From Candidatus Xenobia bacterium (GTDB lineage: Bacteria > Vulcanimicrobiota > Xenobia > Xenobiales > QWHO01), in NCBI GenBank assembly GCA_045863235.1, contig BTUM01000027.1, positions 20,667-84,666 of the forward strand: a stretch of DNA of 64,000 nucleotides, written 5' to 3'. Each line of letters starts with the position of its first letter. The stretch's first letter is position 1. Below the pieces are notes generated by a model, which had not been told where the DNA came from, searched no databases, and saw only the letters and a list, made by a program, of their open reading frames with translations. Below, one piece after another: positions 38,176 through 48,016 of this stretch. Made by a program: the position numbers and the translations under genes.

Positions 38176-40035
38176 TCAACGCACGGCGGCGATCAGCTCG
38201 CTCACCATGGTGTAGCGGTTTTTTCCGAACGGAGGGATCAGGTACACCCCCCGAATCTTCTTGCGAATCCGTGCCAGGAGGTCGTTTGTCAGCTCCATCG
38301 CCAGTTTCTGGCCATCCTCCGGTGTCTCAACCTTCTCGTACTGCGCCAGAATCTCCTCGGGTATGACGATTCCGGGGATCTTGCCGGCGGCGAAGAACTC
38401 GGCATTTCGTCGACTGGTGATGGGCAAAATGCCAACCAGGATGGGAATCGGGAGATGGGCGGTGGCCTCCAGCATCATGTCCACCTCCAACTCACGGTAG
38501 ACCGGCTGGGTATAGATGAACTGCGCTCCCGCTTCCACCTTCTGCTCCAGCCATTTGAGCTGAGCCTTGTGCCCGCGGCCGGGGTTAAAGCCCCCTCCGA
38601 TCATGAAGTCGCACCGGCAGCAGGGGGCCTGATTGAAAAGGCGACCCGCATTCATGCTCTTGATCAGGCGCATGAGGTTGACCGAGCTCTTGAGGTCGTT
38701 GACCCTGGAGGAGTACTTATCGTGGTCGCCCACATTGGGATGGTCGCCTGTCACGGCCAGCACCGCCCGGATGCCGGCGTGCCAGGCGCCCAGCAGATAG
38801 GATTGCACCGCGACTAGATTGCGATTGCAGGCCGAAAGATGGATCATGGTCGGGATCTGCGTCTCGCGCTGCATCTGGGCCGCCGACACCAGCGGGTCCA
38901 CGGTCACCTTGGCCCCAGCATTATCGGGCACGTCAAAAAGGTGGGCACCCTCCTGAGCAAGCTTCTTGCCAGCCTCGAGAAAGCTGGTCAGGGAATGCTC
39001 GCGGTTGGGGCGCATCTCGACCGAGATGACGAAATCGACGCTTTTAAAGACCTGCTCGAAGGGATTGGGCTCCTGCACCGCCTCGGGAGCGGGGGCAACC
39101 ACCTCCTGCACCCGTAGCGCACTGGGATGGCGCTCGGCGGGGGGCTTGAGACCCTCGACAGCCTGCTTGAGCATGGCGATGTGCGCCGGCTCGGTGCCAC
39201 AGCAACCGCCTACGATACAGGCACCCGCTTCGACCAGGCGCTTGCCGAACCGCTGGAACTGTTCGGGATTGACATGGTAGACCACGCGGCCCCGGTCGAT
39301 CTCGGGCGAGCCGGCATTGGGCATGGCCACCAGCGGCAGGTGGGTGAACTGAGCCAGGCGCTGGATGGTTTCCAGAACATCGTAAGGTGCTCGGCAGTTG
39401 GCCCCCATCAGATGGGCGCCCAGTCGGGTGGCCAGCAACGCGAACTCACTGATGTCAGCTCCGGTGCCGGTTTTCCCGTTCTGGACTCCGCCCACCTCGA
39501 ACAGCACTGGAACCCCGAAAGAAACGGCCTCGCGCAGGGCCGCCTGGGCCTCATAGAGCGACTGAAAGGTTTCCAGAGCCAGGAAGTCGACGCCGGCCTG
39601 CACCAGGGCCTCCATCTGCTCGTTGAAGATGGCCGCCACTTCGCTCTCTTCATACTCGTGGCGAATGTGGTGAATCTCGAGTGGGCCCACCGAGCCTCCC
39701 ACGAACCGCTCGGGACCGGCGCACTCGCGGGCCATCCTGACCCCCTCGATGTTGATCTCGCGGACCTCGTTGGCCAGCCCATGGCGGGCCAGCTTGATGG
39801 AGTTGGCTCCGTAGGTATTGGTGAGGAGAATGTCGGCACCCACCTCCACGTAAGAGCGGTGCACGGCCATCACCAACTGGCGATAGAGCGGGTCGAGGTT
39901 GAGGCCGTCCAGGCATTCGTGCCCGGCCCCGCGCAGACCCTGAAGCCGGGTGCCCATGGCCCCATCGCAGACCAGGACCCTGGTCTTGATGGCTTCCAGC
40001 AGCGTTTTCTTCGCAGTGATGGGCGCTTCCCACAT
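38176..40035 (-). CDS. Bifunctional homocysteine S-methyltransferase / methylenetetrahydrofolate reductase (YitJ-like)
   Basis: DGAMGT, GANC, PNAG, GGCCGT Zn ligands; C-terminal MTHFR domain (VTGD, KVEAGA, TQPVY). Confidence 0.9.
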   Translation of the reverse strand: MWEAPITAKKTLLEAIKTRVLVCDGAMGTRLQGLRGAGHECLDGLNLDPLYRQLVMAVHRSYVEVGADILLTNTYGANSIKLARHGLANEVREINIEGVRMARECAGPERFVGGSVGPLEIHHIRHEYEESEVAAIFNEQMEALVQAGVDFLALETFQSLYEAQAALREAVSFGVPVLFEVGGVQNGKTGTGADISEFALLATRLGAHLMGANCRAPYDVLETIQRLAQFTHLPLVAMPNAGSPEIDRGRVVYHVNPEQFQRFGKRLVEAGACIVGGCCGTEPAHIAMLKQAVEGLKPPAERHPSALRVQEVVAPAPEAVQEPNPFEQVFKSVDFVISVEMRPNREHSLTSFLEAGKKLAQEGAHLFDVPDNAGAKVTVDPLVSAAQMQRETQIPTMIHLSACNRNLVAVQSYLLGAWHAGIRAVLAVTGDHPNVGDHDKYSSRVNDLKSSVNLMRLIKSMNAGRLFNQAPCCRCDFMIGGGFNPGRGHKAQLKWLEQKVEAGAQFIYTQPVYRELEVDMMLEATAHLPIPILVGILPITSRRNAEFFAAGKIPGIVIPEEILAQYEKVETPEDGQKLAMELTNDLLARIRKKIRGVYLIPPFGKNRYTMVSELIAAVR

Positions 40036-40053
40036 CGCCCGGGCTGCTTCGTC

Positions 40054-42192
40054 TTAGACCTGGACCATTCCCACCGAGTTGACGTTGACTTTTGGGGCGA
40101 TTTCGTTCCAAGAGAGCAGCACCAGGTTGGGGAAGGAGCGCTCGGTCAATTTGCGCAGGGCCGAGCGAACCGGGGGTGAGCACAACAAGATCGGCTGGAG
40201 GCCGCGCTCCTGCAACTGCTGCACCTGGCCCGAGATGGCCTGCAGGATCTCCTGGCCGGTATTGGGGTCCAGGGTCAGGAACGAGCCCGCCTCAGTGCGC
40301 TGGATGGCCGACTGGATGACCTGCTCGATGGACGGGTCGAGCGTGATCACGTTGATCGTGCCCTCATTGTTCATGTACTCTTTGCAGATCACCCGGCTGA
40401 GAGCCACCCGCACGAACTCGGTGAGCATCTCAGGGTCTTTGGTGATGTGCACGTTGTCGGCCAGTGTCTCCAGAATGGTGACCAGGTCGCGGATGGAGAC
40501 CCGTTCTTTGACCAGATTCTGGAGCACCTTCTGAACTTCGCCCAGGGTCAGGGCGTCGGGGATGACCTCCTTGACCACGGCCGGGTGGGTCTTCTTGACG
40601 GTGTCGATGAGGGCCTGAACCTCCTGGCGGCCGAGCAGCTCGTTGGCGTGGCCGCGCACGACCTCGGTCAATTGGGTCGCCACCACGCTCACCGGGTCGA
40701 AGATCATACAACCGAGCCGCTCGGCGTCGCCACGCTGCTCGGGCGAGATCCAGACGCCGGGCATGCCGTAGGTCGGGTCGACCGTCTTGGTGCCGCGCAG
40801 ATTCTTCAGCTTCTCTTCCGGGCCGATGGCCAGGAACTGATTGATCTGAACCTCGCCCTGAGCCACCTCGATCTCCTTGATCTTGATGACGTAGGCATTG
40901 GGCTTGAGCTGCAAGTTGTCGCGGAAGCGCACACCGGGAACCACGATACCGAGCTCGAGGGCGATGTGACGACGAATCGAGGTGACGCGCTCGAGTAGCT
41001 TGGCGCCCTGGTTGGGGTCCACCAGAGAGAGGAGGCCGCGTCCCACTTCCAGCGAGATGGGGTCGACCTGCATCAACTGCACGACGCTCTCTGGCTTCTT
41101 GACCTCGGCCTTCTTCTTCTGGTCTTGCTCCTGGGCCTGAACGTCGGCAACCTGGACCGACTTCTTGGTCAGAATCGTGCCCACGAAGAACATCAGGCCG
41201 CCCAGGCAGAAGAAGGGAAGTGGCGGGAAGGCAAACAGCCCTACCACTCCCAGACCCCCGAGCAGGATCATAAAGCCGGCAGCCATTTTGAGCGCGCCCG
41301 GCTGGGCGGTGATCTGGCGGGTCACGTCGGAGCCCAGGTTGGAGTCGGAAGCGGCGCGCGAGACCACCATACCCATCGAGGTCGACATCAAGAAGGCGGG
41401 AAGCGTGGTGATGAGGCCGTTTCCGATGGAAAGAATGGCGTAGATGTTGATGGCGTGGCCAGCCGACATCTTGTGGTAGAGCACGCCCACCAGGATGCCG
41501 CCGATCACGTTCACGACCATGATGACGATGGCCGCCATCGCGTCGCCTTTGACGAACTTGCCGGCACCGTCCATAGCGCCGTAGAAGTCGGCTTCCTTTT
41601 CGATCTGGCGCCGTTTGTTCTTGGCGCCTTCGGCATCGATCAGGCCAGCGTGCAGGTCGGCGTCGATGGCCATCTGTTTACCGGGCATCGCGTCCAGGGT
41701 GAAGCGGGCGGCCACCTGGGCGATACGCTCGGCACCGTTGGTGATCACCATCAGCTGAATGATGATCAAGATGATGAACATGATGAAGCCGACGACCAGG
41801 TTGCCGCCTACCACGACCTCACCGAAGGCGGGGATCAGGTGGCCGGCGCCGATGGGCTTCTTGCTGACCGGGTCGAGCACGTTGCCGTGCAGCAGGATCA
41901 TACGCGTGGCCGACACGTCCAGGGCCAGCCGGAAGAGGGTGGCCACCAGCAGCAGGGTCGGGAAGACGGCGAATTCGAGGGGCTCGGCGATGTAGATCGA
42001 GATCAGGATGGTGATCAAGGAGCCGGCGATGTTCACCACCAGCAGAAGGTCCAAGAAGTCGGGCGGCATGGGCACGATCAGCATCATCACGATGCCGATC
42101 ACGACCACGGCGATGCCGATGTCTGAGAACTTTAAAAGCTTGAGTAATGGATGGTCGGGTAAGCCGTCAGCTGGGTTCGGTTGTCCGGCCAT
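40054..42192 (-). CDS. flhA: Export gate FlhA (SctV family)
   Basis: FPTLLLVATLFRLAL, ARFTLDAMPGKQMAIDADL, FYGAMDGAGKFVKGDA. Confidence 0.97.
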   Translation of the reverse strand: MAGQPNPADGLPDHPLLKLLKFSDIGIAVVVIGIVMMLIVPMPPDFLDLLLVVNIAGSLITILISIYIAEPLEFAVFPTLLLVATLFRLALDVSATRMILLHGNVLDPVSKKPIGAGHLIPAFGEVVVGGNLVVGFIMFIILIIIQLMVITNGAERIAQVAARFTLDAMPGKQMAIDADLHAGLIDAEGAKNKRRQIEKEADFYGAMDGAGKFVKGDAMAAIVIMVVNVIGGILVGVLYHKMSAGHAINIYAILSIGNGLITTLPAFLMSTSMGMVVSRAASDSNLGSDVTRQITAQPGALKMAAGFMILLGGLGVVGLFAFPPLPFFCLGGLMFFVGTILTKKSVQVADVQAQEQDQKKKAEVKKPESVVQLMQVDPISLEVGRGLLSLVDPNQGAKLLERVTSIRRHIALELGIVVPGVRFRDNLQLKPNAYVIKIKEIEVAQGEVQINQFLAIGPEEKLKNLRGTKTVDPTYGMPGVWISPEQRGDAERLGCMIFDPVSVVATQLTEVVRGHANELLGRQEVQALIDTVKKTHPAVVKEVIPDALTLGEVQKVLQNLVKERVSIRDLVTILETLADNVHITKDPEMLTEFVRVALSRVICKEYMNNEGTINVITLDPSIEQVIQSAIQRTEAGSFLTLDPNTGQEILQAISGQVQQLQERGLQPILLCSPPVRSALRKLTERSFPNLVLLSWNEIAPKVNVNSVGMVQV

Positions 42193-42209
42193 AGATTACG
42201 TCCTTTCCG

Positions 42210-43310
42210 TCATCGCCGCGCCCCGGTCTTGCCGCGCCGCCGCTTCATCTCGCGTTTTCGTTTCAACTTGATCACGTAGGCCAGCACCTCGGCCACCGCC
42301 TTGTAGAGCTCGGTGGGGATGGCCTGGCCCACCTCGCAGGCTCCGAACAGCGTTCGCGCCAGCTCGACGTTCTCGATGATGGGTACGTCGTGGTCCTCAG
42401 CCTTGACCTTGATCTGCTGGGCCACCAGGTTCTCCCCCTTGGCCACGACCATGGGAACCGGATCGACCCCGGTTTCGTACTTCAGGGCAATGGCCAGATG
42501 GGTAGGGTTGGTCACCACCGCCGAGGAGTTGGGCACCTCCTCCATCATGCGGCCCTGGGCGCCCTGGCGCATGAGCTGGCGCATCTTGGCCTTGACCTGA
42601 GGGTTCCCCTCGGTATCCTTATACTCGTCTTTCAACTCTTGCATGCTCATGCGCATCTGCTTCATGAACTGCTTGTACTGGAACAAGTAGTCGAGAATGG
42701 AGAGAGCCGTCATGCCGATCAGCACCTGGAAGGTGAGGCGCACCAGAATCGTCTTCACCAGGGCGATGGTCTGGTTGAGGTCCATCTGCGGGGAGGCAGC
42801 GAACTTGGGCAACTCGCCCTTGACGCACTTGTAGCAGATCCAGCCGATAACCACCACTTTCAGGATCTGCTTGACCAGTTCCATGACCGACTTCATGGAG
42901 AAGATCCGCTTGAACCCCTCGATGGGGTTGATCTTGCTCAAGGACGGCTTGAGGGGCTCGACCGTAAACAGAAACTTGACCTGGGCTACGTTGGCCAGAA
43001 TGGCCATGATGAACACCGAGGCCAGCAGTGGGGCCAGCACGATGAGCACGGTGCCCATCATCAACATCGATTCGCCCATCAGGTTGCGCTCGTTCATCTG
43101 GAAAGTGGGGATCAGCATCCAGATGTACTTGGTGTAGTCGATGATGCGGGCGAGCATCATCTTGCCGCAGGTCAGCAGCACCCCGTAGCAGGCCAGCAGA
43201 AGCAGCGTGGAGATGATCTCCTGGCTCTTCAGTACCTGGCCTTTCTTGCGCGCTTCCTGGAGCTTATGCTCGGTCGGTTCCTCGGTCTTGTCACTGTCGC
43301 TGCCGCCCAC
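42210..43310 (-). CDS. flhB: Export switch protein FlhB (SctU family)
   Basis: KTEEPT...ARKKGQ, EGNPQVK, NPTH autocleavage motif. Confidence 0.97.
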   Translation of the reverse strand: MGGSDSDKTEEPTEHKLQEARKKGQVLKSQEIISTLLLLACYGVLLTCGKMMLARIIDYTKYIWMLIPTFQMNERNLMGESMLMMGTVLIVLAPLLASVFIMAILANVAQVKFLFTVEPLKPSLSKINPIEGFKRIFSMKSVMELVKQILKVVVIGWICYKCVKGELPKFAASPQMDLNQTIALVKTILVRLTFQVLIGMTALSILDYLFQYKQFMKQMRMSMQELKDEYKDTEGNPQVKAKMRQLMRQGAQGRMMEEVPNSSAVVTNPTHLAIALKYETGVDPVPMVVAKGENLVAQQIKVKAEDHDVPIIENVELARTLFGACEVGQAIPTELYKAVAEVLAYVIKLKRKREMKRRRGKTGARR

Positions 43311-43332
43311 GCTGCCTCACCTCCTCTCGGGC

Positions 43333-44130
43333 TCAATCTGGGGCCATCAAACGGATGGTCTGCATGATCTGATCCTGATTGACCGCGAACTGCTGAGTCA
43401 GCAGCTGGCAAACGTAGGGAAGCCCTACCGTCAACAAGCTCAAACCGATACCTATATTCATTGGAAAGCTTAACATGAAAACGTTCATCTGAGGAGCCAC
43501 GCGGGCCAGCAATCCCAGAGCGATCTGGCCGATGAAGAGGGCTGCCAGAGCGGGCGCGGCAATCTGAATACCGATAGAGAAGACGTCCCCGGCTGCGGAG
43601 ACAAAGCCCTCTACGATGTTCCCGGGCATCTGAAAGTGAGTAACCGGCACGACCTGGAAGCTCTCCCAGATCGCGATCACCATCTTGTGGTGGCCGTCGA
43701 GCAACAGATAGAGCTGCATGGCCAGATAGAAGTGCAAACGACGGATCAGGTTGATGGCGCCGTGGCTGGAGGGGTCGGCCGAGGCGGCCACCGAGAGGCC
43801 CAGTTGGATGTCCAGCATCTCGCCCCCGAACTGGGCCGCTGCCAGCACCATGAAGGAGATGAACCCGATGGCCAGTCCCACCCCGACCTGGGTGAGAAGG
43901 GCTCCGAAAAAAGTCCGAGCTTCCATCACCTCGTAGATGTTCTCGGGCACCGGCACGGTAGGGAAGACGCAGCAAGTCATGGCCACCGCCGTCCCGATGC
44001 GAATCTGCGTGTTGAAATGCTTGGAACCCCAGATGGGGGCCTGCACCATGATCAGCACGATGCGAGCAAAGGTCAGGCACCAGACGATCAGGAGCGCGTA
44101 AGCCTGCTGGTAGCCATTGGGCTCCCCCAT
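43333..44130 (-). CDS. fliR: Export protein FliR
   Basis: LDIQLGLS, LDGHH, LARVAPQMNVF. Confidence 0.94.
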   Translation of the reverse strand: MGEPNGYQQAYALLIVWCLTFARIVLIMVQAPIWGSKHFNTQIRIGTAVAMTCCVFPTVPVPENIYEVMEARTFFGALLTQVGVGLAIGFISFMVLAAAQFGGEMLDIQLGLSVAASADPSSHGAINLIRRLHFYLAMQLYLLLDGHHKMVIAIWESFQVVPVTHFQMPGNIVEGFVSAAGDVFSIGIQIAAPALAALFIGQIALGLLARVAPQMNVFMLSFPMNIGIGLSLLTVGLPYVCQLLTQQFAVNQDQIMQTIRLMAPD

Positions 44131-44423
44131 CAGTGGGGGCCCACCTTGGCGATGGTGGAGAAGACCTCCCGGATGAACGTGCCCAGGTTGCCGATCAGCC
44201 AACTCCCGCACAGCACCATGGAAAGGAACGTAACCACGATCTTGGGCACGAAGCCCAGCGTCTGCTCCTGCACCTGGGTGGTGGCCTGCAGGATGCTGAT
44301 GACCAGACCGACGGCCAGGGCCGAGATCAGCATCGGCGCCGACAGGACCAGAATGAGGTAGAGCGCCCGGGTGCACAGGCCCATCACGAAGGTATCGGTG
44401 AAGATCTCGGCGGCCAGGATCAT
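44130..44423 (-). CDS. fliQ: Export protein FliQ, copy 2
   Basis: LQATTQVQEQTLGFVPKI. Confidence 0.93.
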   Translation of the reverse strand: MILAAEIFTDTFVMGLCTRALYLILVLSAPMLISALAVGLVISILQATTQVQEQTLGFVPKIVVTFLSMVLCGSWLIGNLGTFIREVFSTIAKVGPH

Positions 44424-44719
44424 TTGGGTCCCATCCTCTCGATGCAGCCCAGAATGCGCACCGTGAACTCGACGCACGTTCCGGCAATCCAGGGCCCATA
44501 CATCAGCACCGACAAAAACGTGGCCACGATCTTGGGGACGAAGGAGAGGGTCTGCTCTTGCACCTGAGTGGCCGCCTGCAGCACGCTGATTAGAATACCC
44601 ACCAGGATGGCTGCCAGCAGCATCGGCGCCGACAATACCAACATGTTGCGAAGAGCTTCGGTGATCATGCCCAGCATGAACTGCTTGGTGAAGAATTCTT
44701 CAACGGCCAGCAAGACCAC
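44420..44719 (-). CDS. fliQ: Export protein FliQ, copy 1
   Basis: LQAATQVQEQTLSFVPKI. Confidence 0.93.
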   Translation of the reverse strand: MVLLAVEEFFTKQFMLGMITEALRNMLVLSAPMLLAAILVGILISVLQAATQVQEQTLSFVPKIVATFLSVLMYGPWIAGTCVEFTVRILGCIERMGPK

Positions 44720-44786
44720 GGCGGCTCCACGCTCCTTCCCTCAGTTTCCGGTCAGTCTCTCGAAACCCCGGCCCTGCCGGGGCGCA

Positions 44787-45566
44787 TCATTGTTCGATTC
44801 GATTGAAACTGTTAACCAGGCCGTTGATGATGATGTGCCAACCGTCGATGCTGACAAACATCAACAGCTTGAAGGGGAGCGAAATGGTCATCGGGCTGAG
44901 CATGAACATACCCATCGACATCAGCACCGAGGCCACGATCATGTCGATCACCAGAAATGGTATGTAAAGTAAGAAGCCAATCTCGAACGAGGTCTTGATC
45001 TCGGAGAGGATGTAGGAAGGCAGCAACACGTAGAAGGGGACGCTCTTGCGGTTATCCACCTTCATCTTGCTCAAGCCCAGAAAAAGACCCAGGTCCTTGT
45101 CTCGAGTTTGGGCCAGCATGAACTCCTGCAGGGGCGCGACGAACTTTTTGAAGGCCTCGGCCTGCTTGATATCCCCTTTGTAGTAGGGCTGAATTGCTTC
45201 CCGGTTCATTTTCTCACCCACCGGCGCCATGATGAACATGGTCAGGAACAACGAGAGAGCCATCAGCACCTGGGTAGGCGGCACCTGCTGGGTGCCCAGA
45301 GCAGTGCGCAAGAAGGACAGTGTCACCGTCACCCGGATGAAGGCGGTCGTCATGACCAGGAGGTAGGGCGCCAGGGACAGCGTCGTGAGCATCAAGCTCA
45401 CCTGGATGAAGGTCGATACCTCGGCCTTCTCCTCCATCGGTTTGCCGTTGATGGTGATGTCCGGCAGTTGGATGGGGGGTAACTGAGCCCAGGCCTCACG
45501 GGTCAGGACACCGACCAGGGCGACCATTCCCAGAGCCCAGAGCCACTTTTTGCGGGTGCTGCTCAT
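44787..45566 (-). CDS. fliP: Export protein FliP
   Basis: Signal peptide; LRTALGTQQVPP, PFLVIDMIVASVLMSMGMFMLSP, LPFKL..F...DGW. Confidence 0.96.
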   Translation of the reverse strand: MSSTRKKWLWALGMVALVGVLTREAWAQLPPIQLPDITINGKPMEEKAEVSTFIQVSLMLTTLSLAPYLLVMTTAFIRVTVTLSFLRTALGTQQVPPTQVLMALSLFLTMFIMAPVGEKMNREAIQPYYKGDIKQAEAFKKFVAPLQEFMLAQTRDKDLGLFLGLSKMKVDNRKSVPFYVLLPSYILSEIKTSFEIGFLLYIPFLVIDMIVASVLMSMGMFMLSPMTISLPFKLLMFVSIDGWHIIINGLVNSFNRIEQ

Positions 45567-45576
45567 AAGCCTCTCC

Positions 45577-46269
45577 TTACTTCCGGGCACCCAACCCGGG
45601 GATGATGGACAGGTAGTGGCGCAAAATCTCTCCGTGGGGAGCCGGCATCGCCGGGGGCACAGTCGCCTCGGCATTGGACTCGGACTCGGCCTTCGGCTCG
45701 GGCATCGCGAGCTGATCGGAACCAAGCTCGCACAGGGTGTTAACGTTCTGCTCGGTCTGGCCGACCACCAGGTACTTCTTGCCCACCCGCACCAGGCTGA
45801 TGCTGGCTCCCTGAGCCAGGCTCTGTCGCTCGAGCACTTCGAGCTGGCGCAACTTCTTGCCGGGCCCAACCCCCGGCAGCCAGCGGGCCACCATGCGCAG
45901 GCTGGCGTAAGCCAGAAAGCCGACCAGGAAGAGAATGATGACCATCTGCTGCAACTTTTGCACGAAGATGGAGCTGTTGGAGGTTTGCCCCTGAGCGTCG
46001 GGGCTCCACGCGGGGGCTTGGGAAGTCGGGAGGGCCTGGGGAGCGGGAGAGGGGGCGGGGGAGACGACGAACGGTGGAGCCGGAGGGACCGAACTGGCCG
46101 TGGGTGAGGGCGCCACCAGGTCGCCCAAGGTCCGTTGAGGGGGGGGCTGAGCCCGACCGCCGCGGCTCAGCGAGAGCAAGCACAAAGACAGCACCGCCAA
46201 CAGCAAAAACGAGCCCAGCCCCCGTCGCAGGTGCCTGGAATCCCAGCGGCGCAGGCGCTTGAGGTTCAC
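45577..46269 (-). CDS. fliO: FliO/FliZ-like protein
   Basis: Position before fliP; TM then LEVLERQSL...LVRVGKKYLVVG. Confidence 0.8.
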   Translation of the reverse strand: MNLKRLRRWDSRHLRRGLGSFLLLAVLSLCLLSLSRGGRAQPPPQRTLGDLVAPSPTASSVPPAPPFVVSPAPSPAPQALPTSQAPAWSPDAQGQTSNSSIFVQKLQQMVIILFLVGFLAYASLRMVARWLPGVGPGKKLRQLEVLERQSLAQGASISLVRVGKKYLVVGQTEQNVNTLCELGSDQLAMPEPKAESESNAEATVPPAMPAPHGEILRHYLSIIPGLGARK

Positions 46270-46565
46270 GGGGAAATCAACTCGGTTATGCGCACGGCGT
46301 AGTTTCCGTCGATCTCGACCACCTCTCCGCGAGCGATCAAAGTTCCGTTGACCAGAAGGTCGACCGGCTCGCCCTGCTCCTTGTCCAGCTCAATCACGCT
46401 ACCTGCGGCGATTTTGAGGATATCGCGCACGGTGCGCATGCCGCGACCCATCTCGGCCTCGACGATGAAGGGAACGTCGTAAAGCATGTTGAGGTCCTCG
46501 CGCTCGCGAAAGACCGAGGGCGGGCCACTACTTCGTCGGCGGGGGACCGGCGTAAAGTCGTCCAT
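46266..46565 (-). CDS. fliN: FliN-like SpoA-domain protein, copy 2
   Basis: GSVIELDK..GEPVDLLVNG..IARGEVV. Confidence 0.9.
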   Translation of the reverse strand: MDDFTPVPRRRSSGPPSVFREREDLNMLYDVPFIVEAEMGRGMRTVRDILKIAAGSVIELDKEQGEPVDLLVNGTLIARGEVVEIDGNYAVRITELISP

Positions 46566-46566
46566 C

Positions 46567-46869
46567 TTACTTGACGATCTCGGTGATGCGCACTCCGTAC
46601 TGGCCGTCGATCTCGACCACCTCGCCACGGGCGATGCGCTTGCTGTTGACCAGAATGTCGATGGGCTCACCAGCTTCCTTGTCGAGCTCGATCACTGAGC
46701 CCACGGTAAGCTTGAGGATGTCCTTGACCTGACGACGAGCCTTGCCAAGCTCGGCCTGAACGATCAACTGGACGTCCTTGAGGAGGTCGATGCTGCTGGG
46801 CGAGCCTTGAGCCTGAGCGTCTGCCTGCAGCATGCCGAATTGAACGGCGCGGGGGCCCTGGTCACTCAT
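46567..46869 (-). CDS. fliN: FliN-like SpoA-domain protein, copy 1
   Basis: LLKDV, GSVIELDKEAGEPIDILVN...IARGEVV. Confidence 0.92.
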   Translation of the reverse strand: MSDQGPRAVQFGMLQADAQAQGSPSSIDLLKDVQLIVQAELGKARRQVKDILKLTVGSVIELDKEAGEPIDILVNSKRIARGEVVEIDGQYGVRITEIVK

Positions 46870-47839
46870 CGTATTCTTCGTCTCCCTCTTGCAGCACTTT
46901 GAGCACCTTGGCCGCCATGCGCCCATCCTTGATGCCGGGTTGGCCGAGGAACTTGGTCTTGTCGTTCACCTTGATCCGCAACGGGGCGCTGATCTCGGTA
47001 TCCAGGCGAATGGTATCGCCGACCTCGATGGTCAGAAGATCCTGAAACAGGATCTCAGCCCGCCCGAGGCTGATGGCCACGGGCACTTTGGCCATCTCCA
47101 GGCTCCGTCCGAAAATGGGCGGGCCAGGAGCGGCCGTGGCACCCGTGCCGGAATCGGTGCGGGTGAGGATGTAGCGGTCGAAGGAAGCCTGCGGAATGGC
47201 GTTCTTGAGGTAGCGGAAGGGCAGGCACACGTTCACCAGACCCTGGGCGTGGGCCACGTCGGCCTGGAACGAAGTGACCACCATCGTCTCCGAAGGGGGG
47301 GCGATGTGCACCGCCATCGGGTTGAACTCCAGGCCCACGAAGGCAGGCTTGGTGTCGGGTCGGATCTCCCTCCAGGCTTCACCGTAGGCTTCCAGCATCT
47401 TGAGCAGGGGCTTTTGCAGGATCACCTTCTCGAGATCCGTGAAGAACGGCCGCACCTCTTCTCGGGGGGGAGCACCCTTGCCGCCCATCAGTTTGTCGAA
47501 GAGCGCAAAGGACAGGTCGAAGTCGATGTCCATGAAGGCCAGCACATCGGGCTCGGCCTTGAAGACGAGGATAGGCGTGGGGTCAGGCAACATGTTGAGG
47601 TAGGAATGGTAGCTGCGCGGCTTGACGCTCACCATTTCCATCTGGAAACGCGTCTGCAACAAGGGGGCCAGGGCCGTCACGACGCTTTCGGCAAAGCCGA
47701 CGAAGAGCTTTTCGAGAAAGCGCTGCTGATCCGCCGAGAACTTGTCCATCTGGCGGAAATCGTACGCGCTCGCGCCTTCGTAGCGGCGGCGCTGGGCCGA
47801 CCGCATCACGTCGTTGAAGCTTCCCACACTTTCCCGCAA
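46862..47839 (-). CDS. fliM: FliM lacking the N-terminal CheY-binding peptide
   Basis: YDFR..DKFS, LMGGKG, EFNP, C-terminal SpoA domain; TTG 47839 after GGAGG. Confidence 0.9.
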   Translation of the reverse strand: MRESVGSFNDVMRSAQRRRYEGASAYDFRQMDKFSADQQRFLEKLFVGFAESVVTALAPLLQTRFQMEMVSVKPRSYHSYLNMLPDPTPILVFKAEPDVLAFMDIDFDLSFALFDKLMGGKGAPPREEVRPFFTDLEKVILQKPLLKMLEAYGEAWREIRPDTKPAFVGLEFNPMAVHIAPPSETMVVTSFQADVAHAQGLVNVCLPFRYLKNAIPQASFDRYILTRTDSGTGATAAPGPPIFGRSLEMAKVPVAISLGRAEILFQDLLTIEVGDTIRLDTEISAPLRIKVNDKTKFLGQPGIKDGRMAAKVLKVLQEGDEEYDE

Positions 47840-48016
47840 GTAGCGACCTCCACAGCCCATCCCCCCACCGAGTCAAGGGGCTTCGAGCCTTGTTGAGTGC
47901 TTTCCCGCCCCGGCAAGATTATAGCACTGACGCCAGGTCAGCACGATGAAACATTCGGCTCTCACGGAAACAGCCCAGGCCTTCCGGCCTGGGCACGCTT
48001 ACCGCGGGACTTGAAG

